NCBI GenBank assembly: GCA_964016885.1
Contig: OZ024746.1
Coordinates: 69,192,001-69,256,000, forward strand
From: Eledone cirrhosa
Taxonomy: Eukaryota
Direction: 5' to 3'
DNA: 64,000 bases
Position numbers and translations under genes: made by a program. Of the stretch, positions 40,034 to 57,010 are shown piece by piece. The first letter of the stretch is position 1. Each line of letters begins with the position of its first letter. Under the pieces are notes generated by a model that was not told where the DNA came from, did no database searches, and saw only the letters and a program-made list of their open reading frames with translations.

Positions 40034-41849
40034 CTATATATATATATACTATATATATATATACTATATATATATACTATATATATATACTATATATATA
40101 TATACATATATATATACATATATATATATACATATATATACTATATATATATACTATATATATATATACTATATATATATATACTATATATATATATACT
40201 ATATATATATACTATATATATATATACTATATATATATATACTATATATATATATACTATATATATATATACTATATATATATATACTATATATATATAT
40301 ACTATATATATATATACTATATATATATATACTATATATATATATACTATATATATATATATATATATACTATATATATATACTATATATATATATATAC
40401 TATATATATATATATACTATATATATATATATACTATATAAATATATACTATATATATATACTATATATATATATACTATATATATATACTATATATATA
40501 TACTATATATATATACTATATATATATATACTATATATATATACTATATATATATACTATATATATATACTATATATATATACTATATATATATATACTA
40601 TATATATATATATATACTATATATATATACTATATATATATATACTATATATATATATATACTATATATATATACTATATATATATATACTATATATATA
40701 TATATACTATATATATATATATACTATATATATATACTAATATATATATATATACTATATATATATACTATATATATATACTATATATATATACTATATA
40801 TATATATATATATATATATACTATATATATATACTATATATATATACTATATATATATATATACTATATATATATACTATATATATATATATATATACTA
40901 TATATATATATACTATATATATATAGATATACTATATATATATATATACTATATATAATATATACTATATATACTATATATATATATACATTATATATAT
41001 ATATACTATATATATATATACACTATATATATATATACTATATATATATATACTATATATATATATACTATATATATATATACTATATATATATATACTA
41101 TATATATATATACTATATATATACTATATATATATATATACTATATATATATATACTATATATATATATATACTATATATATATATATACTATATATATA
41201 TATACTATATATATATATACTATATATATATATACTATATATATATATATACTATATATACGTTGTTCCGGGTTGAATCGGAGGTAACCACAGTAAGTAA
41301 GGTACTCAATACATAGCAGAGTATCTATATTAAAACTATACTATATATATATATATAGTATATATATATATATACTATATATATATATACTATATATATA
41401 TATATACTATATATATATATATACTATATATATATATATACTATATATATATATATACTATATATATATATACTATATATATATATACTATATATATATA
41501 TACTATATATATATATATATATACTATATATATATATACTATATATATATATACTATATATATATATACTATATATATATATATATATACTATATATATA
41601 TATATACTATATATATATATACTATATATATATATATACTATATATATATATATACTATATATATATATATATATATACTATATATATATATATACTATA
41701 TATATACTATATATATATATATATACTATATATATCCATATACTATATATATATATACTATATATATCCATATACTATATATATATATATACTATATATA
41801 TATCCATATACTATATATATATATATATATATATATACTATATATATCC

Positions 41850-41887
<38 letters not shown>

Positions 41888-42239
41888 TATATATATCCAT
41901 ATACATATATATATATATATATATATACTATATATATCCATATACTATATATATATATACTATATATATACATATACTATATATATATACATATACTATA
42001 TATACTATACATATACTATATATATACTATATATATACTATATATATATACTATATATATACTATATATATATACTATATATATACTATATATATATACT
42101 ATATATATACTATATATATATACTATATATATACTATATATATATACTATATATATACTATATATATATATACTATATATATATATACATAATACTATAT
42201 ATATATATATATATATACTATATATATATACTATATATA

Positions 42240-42275
<36 letters not shown>

Positions 42276-42337
42276 TATATATATACTATATATATACTAT
42301 ATTATATATTATACTATATATATATACTATATATATA

Positions 42338-42382
<45 letters not shown>

Positions 42383-42561
42383 ACTATATATATATACTAT
42401 ATATATATACTATATATATATACTATATATATATACTATATATATATATATATAATATATATATATACTATATATATATACTATATATACTATATATATA
42501 TATATATATATACTATATATATATACTATTATATATACTATATATATATACTATATATATA

Positions 42562-42592
<31 letters not shown>

Positions 42593-42644
42593 CTATATAT
42601 ATACTATATATATATACTATATATATATACTATATATATATATA

Positions 42645-42709
<65 letters not shown>

Positions 42710-42738
42710 CTATATATATATACTATATATATATATAT

Positions 42739-42776
<38 letters not shown>

Positions 42777-43453
42777 TATATATATATACTATATATATAT
42801 ACTATATATATATATACTATATATATATACTATATATATATATACTATATATATATACTATATATATATATACTATATATATATATACTATATATATATA
42901 CTATATATATATATACTATATATATATACTATATATATATATATACTATATATATACTATATATATATATACTATATATATATACTATATATATATATAC
43001 TATATATATATATATACTATATATATATACTATATATATATACTATATATATATATACTATATATATATACTATATATATATATATACTATATATATATA
43101 CTATATATATATATATATACAATATATATATACTATATATATATATATACTATATATATATACTATATTATATATATATACTATATATATATACTATATA
43201 TATATATATATATATATACTATATATACTATATATATATATATACTATATATATATATATATATATATATACTATAATATATATATACTATATATATATA
43301 TATATATACTAATATATATATACTATATATATATATATATACTATATATATATACTATATATATATATATATATACTAATATATATATACTATATATATA
43401 TATATATATATATACTATATATATATACTATATATATATACTATATATATATA

Positions 43454-43505
<52 letters not shown>

Positions 43506-43601
43506 TATATATATATATATACTATATATATATATATACTATATATATATATATATACTATATATACTATATATATATATACTATATATATACTATATAT
43601 A

Positions 43602-43641
<40 letters not shown>

Positions 43642-43795
43642 TATATATATATACTATATATATATAACTATATATATATATATACTATAAATATATACTA
43701 TATATATATATACTATATATATATATATACTATATATATATATATATATACTATATATATATACTATATATATATATACTATATATATATATATA

Positions 43796-43835
<40 letters not shown>

Positions 43836-43896
43836 TATATATATATATACTATATATATATATATATATACTATATATATATATATATATATATAC

Positions 43897-43936
<40 letters not shown>

Positions 43937-44009
43937 TATATATATATATACTATATATATACTATATATATATATATATATACTATATATATATATAATA
44001 TATATATAC

Positions 44010-44041
<32 letters not shown>

Positions 44042-44143
44042 ATATATATATACTATATATATATATACTATATATATATATATATACTATATATATATAT
44101 ATATATATATATACTATATATATATACTATATATATATATATA

Positions 44144-44179
<36 letters not shown>

Positions 44180-44281
44180 TATATATATATACTATATATA
44201 TATATATACTATATATATATACTATATATATATATATACTATATATATATATATACTATATATATATATACTATATATATA

Positions 44282-44317
<36 letters not shown>

Positions 44318-44397
44318 TATATATATATACTATATATATATATATACTATATATATATATATATATACTATATATATATATACTATATATATATATA

Positions 44398-44431
<34 letters not shown>

Positions 44432-44584
44432 TATATATATATATATACTATATATATATATATATATACTATATATATATATATACTATATATATACTAT
44501 ATATATATATATATATACTATATATATATATATATATATATACTATATATATATATATATATATATACTATATATATATATATA

Positions 44585-44620
<36 letters not shown>

Positions 44621-45291
44621 TATATATATATATATACTATATATATATATATACTATATATATATATATATATATATATACTATATATATATATATACTA
44701 TATATATATAATACTATATATATATATACTATATATATATACTATATATATATATATATATATACTATATATATATATACTATATATATATATACTATAT
44801 ATATATATATATATACTATATATATACTATATATATATATATACTATATATATATACTATATATATATATACTATATATATATACTATATATATATATAC
44901 TATATATATATATACTATATATATACTATATATATATATATACTATATATATATATATATATATATATACTATATATATATATATATACTATATATATAT
45001 ATATATACTATATATATATATACTATATATATATATACTATATATATATATACTATATATATATATATACTATATATATATATACTATATATATATATAT
45101 ATATATATACTATATATATATACTATATATATATATATACTATATATATACTATATATATATATACTATATATATATACTATATATACTATATATATACT
45201 ATATATATATACTATATATATATACTATATATATATATACTATATATATATACTATATCTATATACTATATATATATACTATATATATATA

Positions 45292-45327
<36 letters not shown>

Positions 45328-45529
45328 TATATATATATATATACTATATATATACTATATATATATACTATATATATATATATACTATATATATATATAC
45401 TATATATATATATACTATATATATATATATATACTATATATATATATATACTATATATATATATACTATATATATATATACTATATATATATACTATATA
45501 TATATATATATATACTATATATATATATA

Positions 45530-45567
<38 letters not shown>

Positions 45568-45664
45568 TATATATATACTATTACTATATATATACTATAT
45601 ATATATACTATATATATATATACTATATATATATATACTATATATATATATACTATATATATAT
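36910..45664. repeat. Giant interrupted microsatellite (TA)nC, array 1 (at least 8.7 kb, runs into the gap)
   Basis: Continuous TATA..TAC-TATA units. C occurs on the plus strand and G is almost absent apart from the island at 41261-41335. Confidence 0.97.
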
Positions 45665-45864
45665 NNNNNNNNNNNNNNNNNNNNNNNNNNNNNNNNNNNN
45701 NNNNNNNNNNNNNNNNNNNNNNNNNNNNNNNNNNNNNNNNNNNNNNNNNNNNNNNNNNNNNNNNNNNNNNNNNNNNNNNNNNNNNNNNNNNNNNNNNNNN
45801 NNNNNNNNNNNNNNNNNNNNNNNNNNNNNNNNNNNNNNNNNNNNNNNNNNNNNNNNNNNNNNNN
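45665..45864. other. Assembly gap (200 N)
   Basis: Run of exactly 200 N, probably a fixed-size scaffolding gap. Confidence 0.99.
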
Positions 45865-46127
45865 ACAGCGTGGACTGTCTGGCAGGTTTTCTACAGCTGG
45901 ATGCCCTTCCTAACACCAACCACATTTACAGTGTGGGACGGGGAGGTCTTCTCTATTACTGAGTACCGCCAAAGGTCTCGGTCCAGTGACATTGTCTTGG
46001 AGAGGTGTAAGTGTGTGAGGTCGGAATTTATCAGCTCGTCCCAGGTTTTTCTGGGTCTGCCTACTCCGTGGCTACCGTCTATCTTTATTGCCCTGCACTT
46101 TGTTATACAGCTGTCGTCTTTCATGCT
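45865..46127 (-). pseudogene. 5'-truncated RTE LINE 3' end between the gap and array 2
   Basis: Peptide MKDDSCITKCRAIKIDGSHGVGRPRKTWDELINSDL..DRDLWR (RTE C-terminal GRP..W..DR..WR motif), followed by the family C module GGAAGGGCATCCAGCTGTAGAAAA. Confidence 0.85.
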
Positions 46128-46341
46128 ATATATATATACTATATATATATATACTATATATATATATATATATGCTATATATACATATATATATATATAT
46201 ATACTATATATATATATACTATATATATATATATGCTATATATACATATATATATATATATATACTATATATATATATACTATATATACATATATATATA
46301 TATATATACTATATATATATATACTATATATATATATATGC

Positions 46342-46377
<36 letters not shown>

Positions 46378-46644
46378 CTATATATATATATACTATATAT
46401 ATATATATATATACTATATATACATATATATATACTATATATATATATATATATATATATACTATATATATATATACTATATATATATATATATATACTA
46501 TATATACATATATATATATATATATACTATATATATATACTATATATATATATATATATATACTATATATATATATACTATATATACTATATATATATAT
46601 ACTATATATACTATATATATATATACTATATATATATATATATA

Positions 46645-46682
<38 letters not shown>

Positions 46683-46953
46683 TATATATACATATATACT
46701 ATATATATATATATACTATATATATATATATATATATGCTATATATATATATATACTATATATATATATATATATGCTATATATATATATATATATAGCT
46801 ATATATATATATATATATGCTATATATATATATATATGCTATATATATATATATACTATATATATATTATATATATTATATATATCTATATATATATATA
46901 TACTATATATATATATATTATATACTATATATTACTATATATATATATATATA

Positions 46954-46991
<38 letters not shown>

Positions 46992-47009
46992 TATATATAT
47001 ATATATATA

Positions 47010-47047
<38 letters not shown>

Positions 47048-47149
47048 TATATATATATATATACTATATATATATATATATATATATATAGTATATATAT
47101 ATATATAGTATATATATATATATATAGTATATATATATATATATGTATA

Positions 47150-47193
<44 letters not shown>

Positions 47194-47224
47194 ATATATA
47201 TATAGTATATATATAGCTATATAT

Positions 47225-47257
<33 letters not shown>

Positions 47258-48682
47258 GCAATATATATATATATATATATGCAAATATATATATATATAT
47301 ATGCATATATATATATATATATATGCAAATATATATATATATATATGCTATATATATATATATATAATATGCAAATATATATATATATATATATGCAAAT
47401 ATATATATATATATATGCAAATATATATATATATATATGCAAATATATATATATATATATATGCTATATATACATATATATATGCTATATATACATATAT
47501 ATATGCTATATATACTATATATATATGCTATATATACATATATATATGCTATATATATGCTATATATACATATATATATGCTATATATACATATATATAT
47601 GCTATATATATTATATATATATATACTATATATATATATATATATACTATATATATACTATATATATATATATATACTATATATATATATATATATGCTA
47701 TATATACATATATATATGCTATATATACATATATATATGCTATATATATATATATATATGCTATATATATATATATATATACTATATATATATACTATAT
47801 ATATATATATATATACTATATATATATATATATATACTATATATATATATATACTATATATATATATATATATGCTATATATACATATATATATGCTATA
47901 TATATATATATATATACTATATATATATATATATATACTATATATATATATATACTATATATATACATATATATATGCTATATATATATATATATATATA
48001 CTATATATATATATATATATACTATATATATATATATACTATATATATATATATACTATATATATATATATACTATATATATATATACTATATATATATA
48101 TATACTATATATATATATATACTATATATATATATATATACTATATATATATATATACTATATATATATATATACTATATATATATATATACTATATATA
48201 TATATATACTATATATATATATATACTATATATATAATATACTATATATATATATACTATATATATATACTATATATATATATACTATATATATATACTA
48301 TATAATATACTATATATATATATATATACTATATATATATACTATATATATATATATATACTATATATATATATATATACTATATATATATATATATATA
48401 TACTATATATATATATATATACTATATATATACTATATATATATATACTATATATATATATATATACTATATATATATATATATATACTATATATATATA
48501 CTATATACTATATATATATATATACTATATATATATACATATACTATATATATATATATATATATATACTATATATATATACATATACTATATATATATA
48601 TATATACTATATATATATATATATACTATATATATATACATATACTATATATATATATATATATATACTATATATATATATA

Positions 48683-48716
<34 letters not shown>

Positions 48717-48800
48717 TATATATATATATATACTATATATATATATATACTATATATATATATATATACTATATATATATATATACTATATATATATATA

Positions 48801-48834
<34 letters not shown>

Positions 48835-51598
48835 TATATATATATACTATATATATATATATATATACTATATATATATACTATATATATATATATATAC
48901 TATATATATATATACTATATATATATATATACTATATATATATTATATATATATATATACTATATATATATATATATACTATATATATATATATACTATA
49001 TATATATACTATATATATATATATATACTATATATATATATATCCTATATATATATATATACTATATATATATATATATACTATATATATATATATACTA
49101 TATATATATATATACTATATATATATACTATATATATATATATTATACTATATATATATACTATATATATATACTATATATATATACTATATATATATAC
49201 TATATATATATACTATATATATATATACTATATATATATATATACTATATATATATATATACTATATATATATATATACTATATATATATATATATACTA
49301 TATATATATATATACTATATATATATATATACTATATATATATACACTATATATATATACTATATATATATATACTATATATATATACACTATATATATA
49401 TACTATATATACTATATATATATACTATATATACTATATATATATACTATATATATATATACTATATATATATATATACTATATATATATACACTATATA
49501 TATATACACTATATATATATACTATATATATATACACTATATATATACACTATATATATATACTATATATATATATATATACTTACTATTATATATACTA
49601 TATATATATATATATATATATACTATATATATATACTATATATATACTATATATATATATATACTATATATATATATATACTATATATATATATATATAT
49701 ATAGTATATATATATATATATACTATATATATATATATATACTATATATATATATATATACTATATATATATATATATATACTATATATATATATATATA
49801 TACTATATATATATATATATATACTATATATATATATATATATACTATATATATATATATATATACTATATATACTATATATATATATATATATACTATA
49901 TATATATATATATACTATATATATATATATATACTATATATATATATATATACTATATATATATATATATATACTATATATATATATATATATATACTAT
50001 ATATATATATATACTATATATATATATATACTATATATATATATATACTACTATATATATATATATACTATATATATATATATACTATATATATATATAT
50101 ACTATATATATATATATACTATATATATATATATATACTATATATATATATATATACTATATATATATATATACTATATATATATATATATATACTATAT
50201 ATATATATATATACTATATATATATATATATACTATATATATATACTATATATATATATATACTATATATATATACTATATATATATATATACTATATAT
50301 ATATACTATATATATATATATACTATATATATATATACTATATATATATATATATATACTATATATATACTATATATATATATACTATATATATATATAC
50401 TATATATATATATATACTATATATTTACTATATATATATATACTATATATATATATACTATATATATATATACTATATATATATATACTATATATATATA
50501 CTATATATATACTATATATATATACTATATATATATATACTATATATATATACTATATATATATACTATATATATATACTATATATATATATATCTATAC
50601 TATATATACATATATATATCTATACTATATATACATATATATATCTATACTATATATACATATATATATCTATACTATATATACATATATATATCTATAC
50701 TATATATACATATATATATATATACTATATATACATATATATATATAGTACTATATATACATATATATATATATACTATATATACATATACTATATATAC
50801 ATATATATATATATACTATATATACATATATATATATATACTATATATATATATATACTATATATATATATACTATATATATATATACTATATATACATA
50901 TATATATATATATATATACTATATATACATATATATATACTATATATACATATATATATATACTATATATACATATATATATATACTATATATACATATA
51001 TATATATACTATATATACATATATATATATACTATATATACATATATATATATACTATATATACATATATATATATACTATATATACATATATATATATA
51101 CTATATATACATATATACTATACATACATATATATATATACTATATATACATATATACTATATATACATATATACTATATATACATATATGTACATATAT
51201 ACTATATATACATATATGTACATATATACTATATATACATATATGTACATATATACTATATATACATATACATATATACTATATATATATACTATATATA
51301 CATATATACTATATATATATATATGTATATATACAATACATATATATACTATATATATATATATATATTTTCTATACATATATATACTATACATATATAT
51401 ATATATTTTCTATACATATATATACTATACATATATATATATATTTTCTATACATATATATACTATACATATATATATATATTTTCTATACATATATATA
51501 CTATACATATATATACTATACATATATATATACTATATATATATATACTATACATCTATATACTATACATCTATATTACTATATATATATATATATAC

Positions 51599-51630
<32 letters not shown>

Positions 51631-51639
51631 TATATATAT
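46128..51639. repeat. Giant interrupted microsatellite (TA)nC, array 2 (about 5.5 kb) with variant sub-domains
   Basis: Same polarity as array 1, with local TATGC, TGCAAA, TATCTATAC, TATGTAC and TATTTTC variants. Confidence 0.97.
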
Positions 51640-52010
51640 GGAGGTATATCTATATATATACATGCAACTAGCCCTTTCGATTACATGTATAGGCCATGCT
51701 AGTTTTGATGTACGTATATTGTCACACGGCATAGGGACGGCCAGACTCGAAAGTATAAAGGCACTTGGGCAAAATTCCAGTGTGATCGAAATAGGGGCTC
51801 GTATTTAGTAAGAAAACTAAACCAATCGTCTGCCTCAATATATATATTCTTTCATTATTGGTAAATGGCGAGTCTTGTTACTCTGGAGTTTCACCTGCGC
51901 GCACACAGGGTCGTCAGAGAAGACTATTAAGCCACAATAAATGAAAACTTGAACACTACTTCGGTATTGAGTACTCTTTTTTTCTAGTCCGTCAACAGAT
52001 ACACACACAC

Positions 52011-52036
52011 ATCCATCCTGATTTGTGTATAATATA

Positions 52037-52082
<46 letters not shown>

Positions 52083-52122
52083 CATATACATATATATATA
52101 TTATACACAAATCAGGACGGAT
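52011..52122. repeat. Inverted repeat (28-bp arms, 27/28 complementary) around a (TA)n centre
   Basis: ATCCATCCTGATTTGTGTATAATATATA (52011-52038) pairs with TATATATTATACACAAATCAGGACGGAT (52095-52122). Confidence 0.9.
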
Positions 52123-52129
52123 TCAATTT

Positions 52130-52320
52130 GACTCGATACTTGGGGTAGTAGAGTATGGTTATATTATCAAGATTCTGGGCCCGACGGTTGAGGTCTTGCC
52201 GTTTCAACAGCAAGTTAACCCAACATGCTGTGGATTGCAATGAAGTCCAGCAAGTCATTAGTAATGTCCTACAAGCCTCTGTGTTGGCCCCACTTTTCGT
52301 CCTTATGATGACATTATAGA
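52130..52320 (+). pseudogene. Decayed CR1/L2/Jockey-type reverse transcriptase fragment
   Basis: QVISNVLQASVLAPLFVLM resembles the RT motif VxSGVPQGSVLGPLLF. It is preceded by QQQVN, resembling RxQxVxVN. Confidence 0.6.
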
Positions 52321-53689
52321 CGTCATAAAACAGTAAAATAAGATGAACAGAGTAGGAGACCAGACATACCTTCAATCGGATCTACAAGTTGTTATTCAAA
52401 TTTTGAGCGAATCAACTTTGGAATGGGGGACGCACTTAACCATATTCTCATCCCGGGGATGAAAATCATGATAGCATCAAATAATAATAATAGCGGTTTC
52501 GCCATAACTGGTGATAACAACCTAAGCTGGATGGAGTGATTATGTCAACAACAAAATTGATATAGCTTGCAGGACGTGTTCCTTGATCCTTTGAAATTTC
52601 TGGGCAATAGATACCTTTACCTGGTATCACCTTAAATACTGTTGGTCGCTGTAATCTCGCAATATGAAAGAAAGTATAAAAATTGAAGTACCCAAGAGGT
52701 TAATTACAAAAAGCAAAAAATAATAATAATGGGCTTCTAATTGTGGTATAAGACCAACAATATCGACTCCAGTATTTGAATGATACTATATTTTAGCGAC
52801 CTCGAAAGGATGAAAGGCTAAGTTGAATATGTATGTATATAAAATTTATCCTGGTCATTTAGACACGAATAAAAGTGGGGCTTTGATGTAAAGAAAGACG
52901 TATTAAAACGTTACAGTACAAAATGATAGATCGATAAAGACTAATATATATAATAATTATTTTAATTTTACAGTGACATTAGTACATTAAATTGTACTCT
53001 ACAAAACTTAGAATATATTTTTCTCTAGTAAAATAAGTTTTGAAGTTAACAAATTAGCCTCATAATTTTATTGAAAAAGTGAGTCAAAGATATTTTTACA
53101 AAACCTGCTAATCATGCACTTTAATTGTAGTCTAAGAATGCAAAGAGATATTTGAGTAAGATTATTTCAAACTTACAGTAATGAGTGAATGTAGCAACAA
53201 GGTGTTGAACGAAGTTAATGTTGTGAGCTAGAATTTTTGATGGAGGATGAGGGACTATGTATAAGTACATCACAGAGGTTATAATGCAGATAGTCTGGTC
53301 GCCGCAGTTGCAACAGAAACTAGATAATGACAGCTGCAACTGATGAAAGCTGTTGCTTCAATAGCAGAATGACTGGTTATTTTAATTTATAATTCTTAAT
53401 TTGTTGATTTTTATTGGTAAAATATGAGATGTTTTAATAGAAGAGTTTGTGGTAGCCATTGATTTTCTGAGTTGTCTTGTGAGATATGTGGTGTGTCTGG
53501 TAGTTTAGTTTAATTCTAATTTGGTATTGGTTGGAGGGTATATTTGTGCGTGTATATATATGAATACAAACTGGTGCTATGATAAAATGCACCCAATACA
53601 CACTGTAAAGCGTTTAAATTAGGAAAGGCATCTCAGTATAGAAACCATGCCCAACATGCTACAGATGTATATATGGTTATACATACAGA

Positions 53690-53972
53690 GATAAACTGTA
53701 GTGAGCGGGAGAGAAGACTGCATTGGTATGGACATGTGATGCCCATGGAGGTTGATCGCTGGGTAAAGAAGTGCCAAGAAATCCCAGCAGAAGGAAGACG
53801 CAGTAGAGGAAAACCACGAAAATTATGGGTGGAGGTGGTGAGAGCTGACCTCAGATTACTGAGGCTCACAGAGGAGATGACAAAAGACCGTTACGAACAG
53901 AGAGATGCTGTGCTGAAAAGGACCCATCCCACCCTTGCAAGCAGGGAAAAGCAGACGTAAAATGATGATGAT
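53690..53972 (+). pseudogene. RTE LINE 3' end with (ATG)n tail
   Basis: RERRLHWYGHVMPM..VKKC..EGRRSRGKPRKLW..DL..DR, then GCAAGCAGGGAAAAGCAGACGTAAAATGATGATGAT. Confidence 0.88.
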
Positions 53973-54479
53973 AAATATACCTTCAATATATATACTTACT
54001 GAGTACGTTTACTTGTATGAGTATTCATCAGACGGCTCAACTAGTGAACACATAGGATTGAGAATAGAGGCCACCCACACATAATGATCACTGACATCTG
54101 ATATGGACATTTTCAGTCAGTCAAGTGGTTGATACCATATATGCAAGGACCAGATATTAATTCAAAATCCAACTTGATTGTACCAATCCACAATTTCAGC
54201 TGTCCATCTTGTCACTTATGCCATCCTGAGATGGGGGCGAGAGCTTTACATTGAGGATAAGTTTATTACATGAGCGATGGAGTAAATAACCAAACCAATG
54301 TGACTTTTCAATAGACCTTGGAGCAAATCAATCTAGCAGCAACAATGGATTTCAGAGTTTGACACAAAATCCAATTCATGAACATAGAGTATTCAGTGGA
54401 GACAATATTTATAGGTTGTATAAATCTGTCTTTCGCATTAGAGACACACACTAACAGCCACGTAGAAGGATGATATGAA

Positions 54480-54720
54480 TGAGCACTCGGTAGATACAGA
54501 TTATGTGGCCAGGAGCATGGCTGCTAGCTTTAAAGATGACAGAATGCAGCACTTAGACAGTTAATGTAGAGATCTATCTCATATTCATTTTGGTCTGCAA
54601 CAGTAACGGTAGTGCCAAAATACTTGAATTGATCGACCTCTCCAAACATGTGATGCCTACACATGAGCATCAACATAGTTACCACGAGGTTATCAGCCTT
54701 GTTAAAACTCAAGTTTTATG
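54480..54720 (-). pseudogene. Decayed non-LTR RT C-terminal fragment
   Basis: EVDQFKYFGTTVT..EIDLYINCLSAAFCHL matches the motif V..FKYLGS....EI..RI..A..AF..L. Confidence 0.65.
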
Positions 54721-56039
54721 CCACAGCAATGTTTGGGAAATCCTCCAGAGAATGTTATGCAATCCAGTTGGACATAGAAAACAACACCCTACTGACTCAT
54801 GAGTGATTTTTGAAGGGGTCATATTCCTCAACATATTTGCAAACCTTTGCTCATGTAGACTGTTTCTTTTTCTTCTTTTTTTTTTCCTCGAGCCTGAAGG
54901 CTCATCAGGCCAGTGCTTAACTCAGTTTTTGTGGCATGAAGCAACTGAGAGTACATGACTCCCCTGGACAGGATGCTAGTTGCTATTGCTGGTACTTATG
55001 TTCAGGTGAATACACCGGAGCAACATGAAATAAAGTGTTTTGGTAATTATATTCAGCAACTTCACAGACAACCCAGAACCCAAGTTTGTCACAGTAGGCC
55101 CTGGCTACTGGTCTCAATTAAACATACAACAACCTGAGACCTATTCATAGGCAAGAAGAACAGTCAACCCATCTCTAATCACAGTATCCCAGAGTGTGAT
55201 ATGGTCAACAGAATGAAAGCAAGTAATGGATTACTGCTGGTATCTCCTGCATTGAACAAAAACCCTTCTCAAGACCCCAATGAAACCATACTAATTGGGT
55301 CAGATGTGACAATCATGTTAATGTTGAAATCTTCATTATAGAATTGATGATGAATACCTTAGTTGTTATATTCTATTAGACTAGTCTGCAAGTAAATAAT
55401 GCAATATCACCTATCACTCTTCTAAACAAAGGGAGGATAAAAAACTGCACCCACTCCAGGTTCATATCCCAAACATGTATCATTAGATAATGTAGCCATG
55501 CCACCAAGATATCAAAAAAATTTTTGTTTTGTTAAGATCCCAGGAGGATCTAGTGTATGTGGGTAATCACTACTTGTCTGCCAACCAGATGCCAAATACA
55601 ATCAATACCTTACTCATATAACTTGGACGTACAAACTGTCAAGGAGGTGTGTGAAGCTATTCAGAAACTGAGGGAAATATGTACATACACATATATATGT
55701 AAACACATACATGAATATATACATGCATATCATCATTTTAAGTCTGATAGGTTGTTACAATTTGAGACAGGATAGTTTGGAAAAACTGGTCTTCCTGAAA
55801 TGTTCCACTTATAGCAATATATATATATCAAGAATATAAGAAACAAACAAGAGGATGCATTAGCATAAAGTCTTATTAGTTTCATGCTTAAAAGAAAGAG
55901 TTTATATATATATATAATATACACACAAACATACATACCGTCAATAAAATAAAATAACGTATCTTCTCTACTTTATGTATTGAGGGTACATTAATTTAAT
56001 GGTTGTTAAATGATGATATATTTATATCATACTCATAAT

Positions 56040-56790
56040 CATCATTTAACACCTGCTTTCACTGCTGGCAAGCATTAGGTGGATCATCACTAACTGATCC
56101 AGTACTTAATCAATGCTACTGACCTATCAGATGGGCCAGGGGCTACATCTTGCTTACATACTTTCGCGCACTATATGGAGTATTCCAAATGCATTCTACT
56201 ATGGCACCAGCACTAGGGGAGTTGTGTCCTTAACACAACTGAAGAGTCCTCTCAACCCTTGTTTCACAAATTTTCTATTGTTCTATGCCCTTTCTATCAG
56301 CAACCATTTTGGTTGCGTTTTATCAAGTCAACAACACTAGAGAAGTTGCTGTATCCATGACACAACTGAAGACTCTACTCAATCCTATTTTGCTATGAAT
56401 TTTACAGGTCGATGCGCTTCCTATTACCAACTATCTTACAGGGTGCGCTGGATGCATTTTTCGTTGCACCAGCTAAAGAAATTGTCATATCGTGAATGAA
56501 AGGCCCTTTCAATAACACCAACCACCGAACAGGATGCACTGGGTGCGTTTTAACACGAGTTCTGAATGAGGGAGGTTGAGGTTATCGATCACTGATTTGA
56601 CTGAAGGGGGATCATCATCATTTTACATCCTCTTCCGACGCTGGCATGGGTTGCATGAGTTGTTAGTCTGACAACAGACAGATCGGAGCAAACAATCTTG
56701 CTCGTTATGGTGTGGTTTCTATAACTGGATGCCCTTCTTAATGCCAACCACCTCACATCCTAAACAGTGTATTTTATGATGGTACTAATA
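56040..56790 (-). mobile_element. Family C repeats with tandem internal modules
   Basis: ATCATTTAACACCTGCTTTC..GCTGGCA tail, repeated ACACAACTGAAGA..CTCTCAA modules, and CTGGATGCCCTTCTTAATGCCAACCAC. Confidence 0.65.
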
Positions 56791-57010
56791 CTTTACATAT
56801 ACACACAGTTGGTTCTCCATTGGTTTTGAAGACGATTGTTCCAGTTGTGTATCATCATGAGCCGAGCACCTTAACCACTAAGCCACGCACCTTCACATAT
56901 ATCATCATTTTACATCCGTTTTCCATGATGGTATACGTTACATACACACACACACATATATATAGAGAGAGAATGAATCTTATGGAATACGTGCGTGTTT
57001 TTCTTTTGTA

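Noticed and set aside
36878-40441. 1187-aa Ile/Tyr ORF
   Set aside because: Pure translation of (TA)nC. The plus strand lacks G and AA, so stop codons are rare in every frame. No coding evidence.
45665-45864. Treating arrays 1 and 2 as one contiguous structure of known length
   Set aside because: The 200-N gap is of unknown true size, so adjacency and orientation across it depend on scaffolding.
45901-51808. Overlapping 130-1509-aa ORFs in all three plus frames
   Set aside because: Same microsatellite effect. Being open in all frames at once is diagnostic of low-complexity DNA.
51835-52000. Helitron helicase C-terminus
   Set aside because: Only vague similarity (CGLIVFSD..KTR). The diagnostic HGQLYVA.SR motif and the CTAG/hairpin end are absent.
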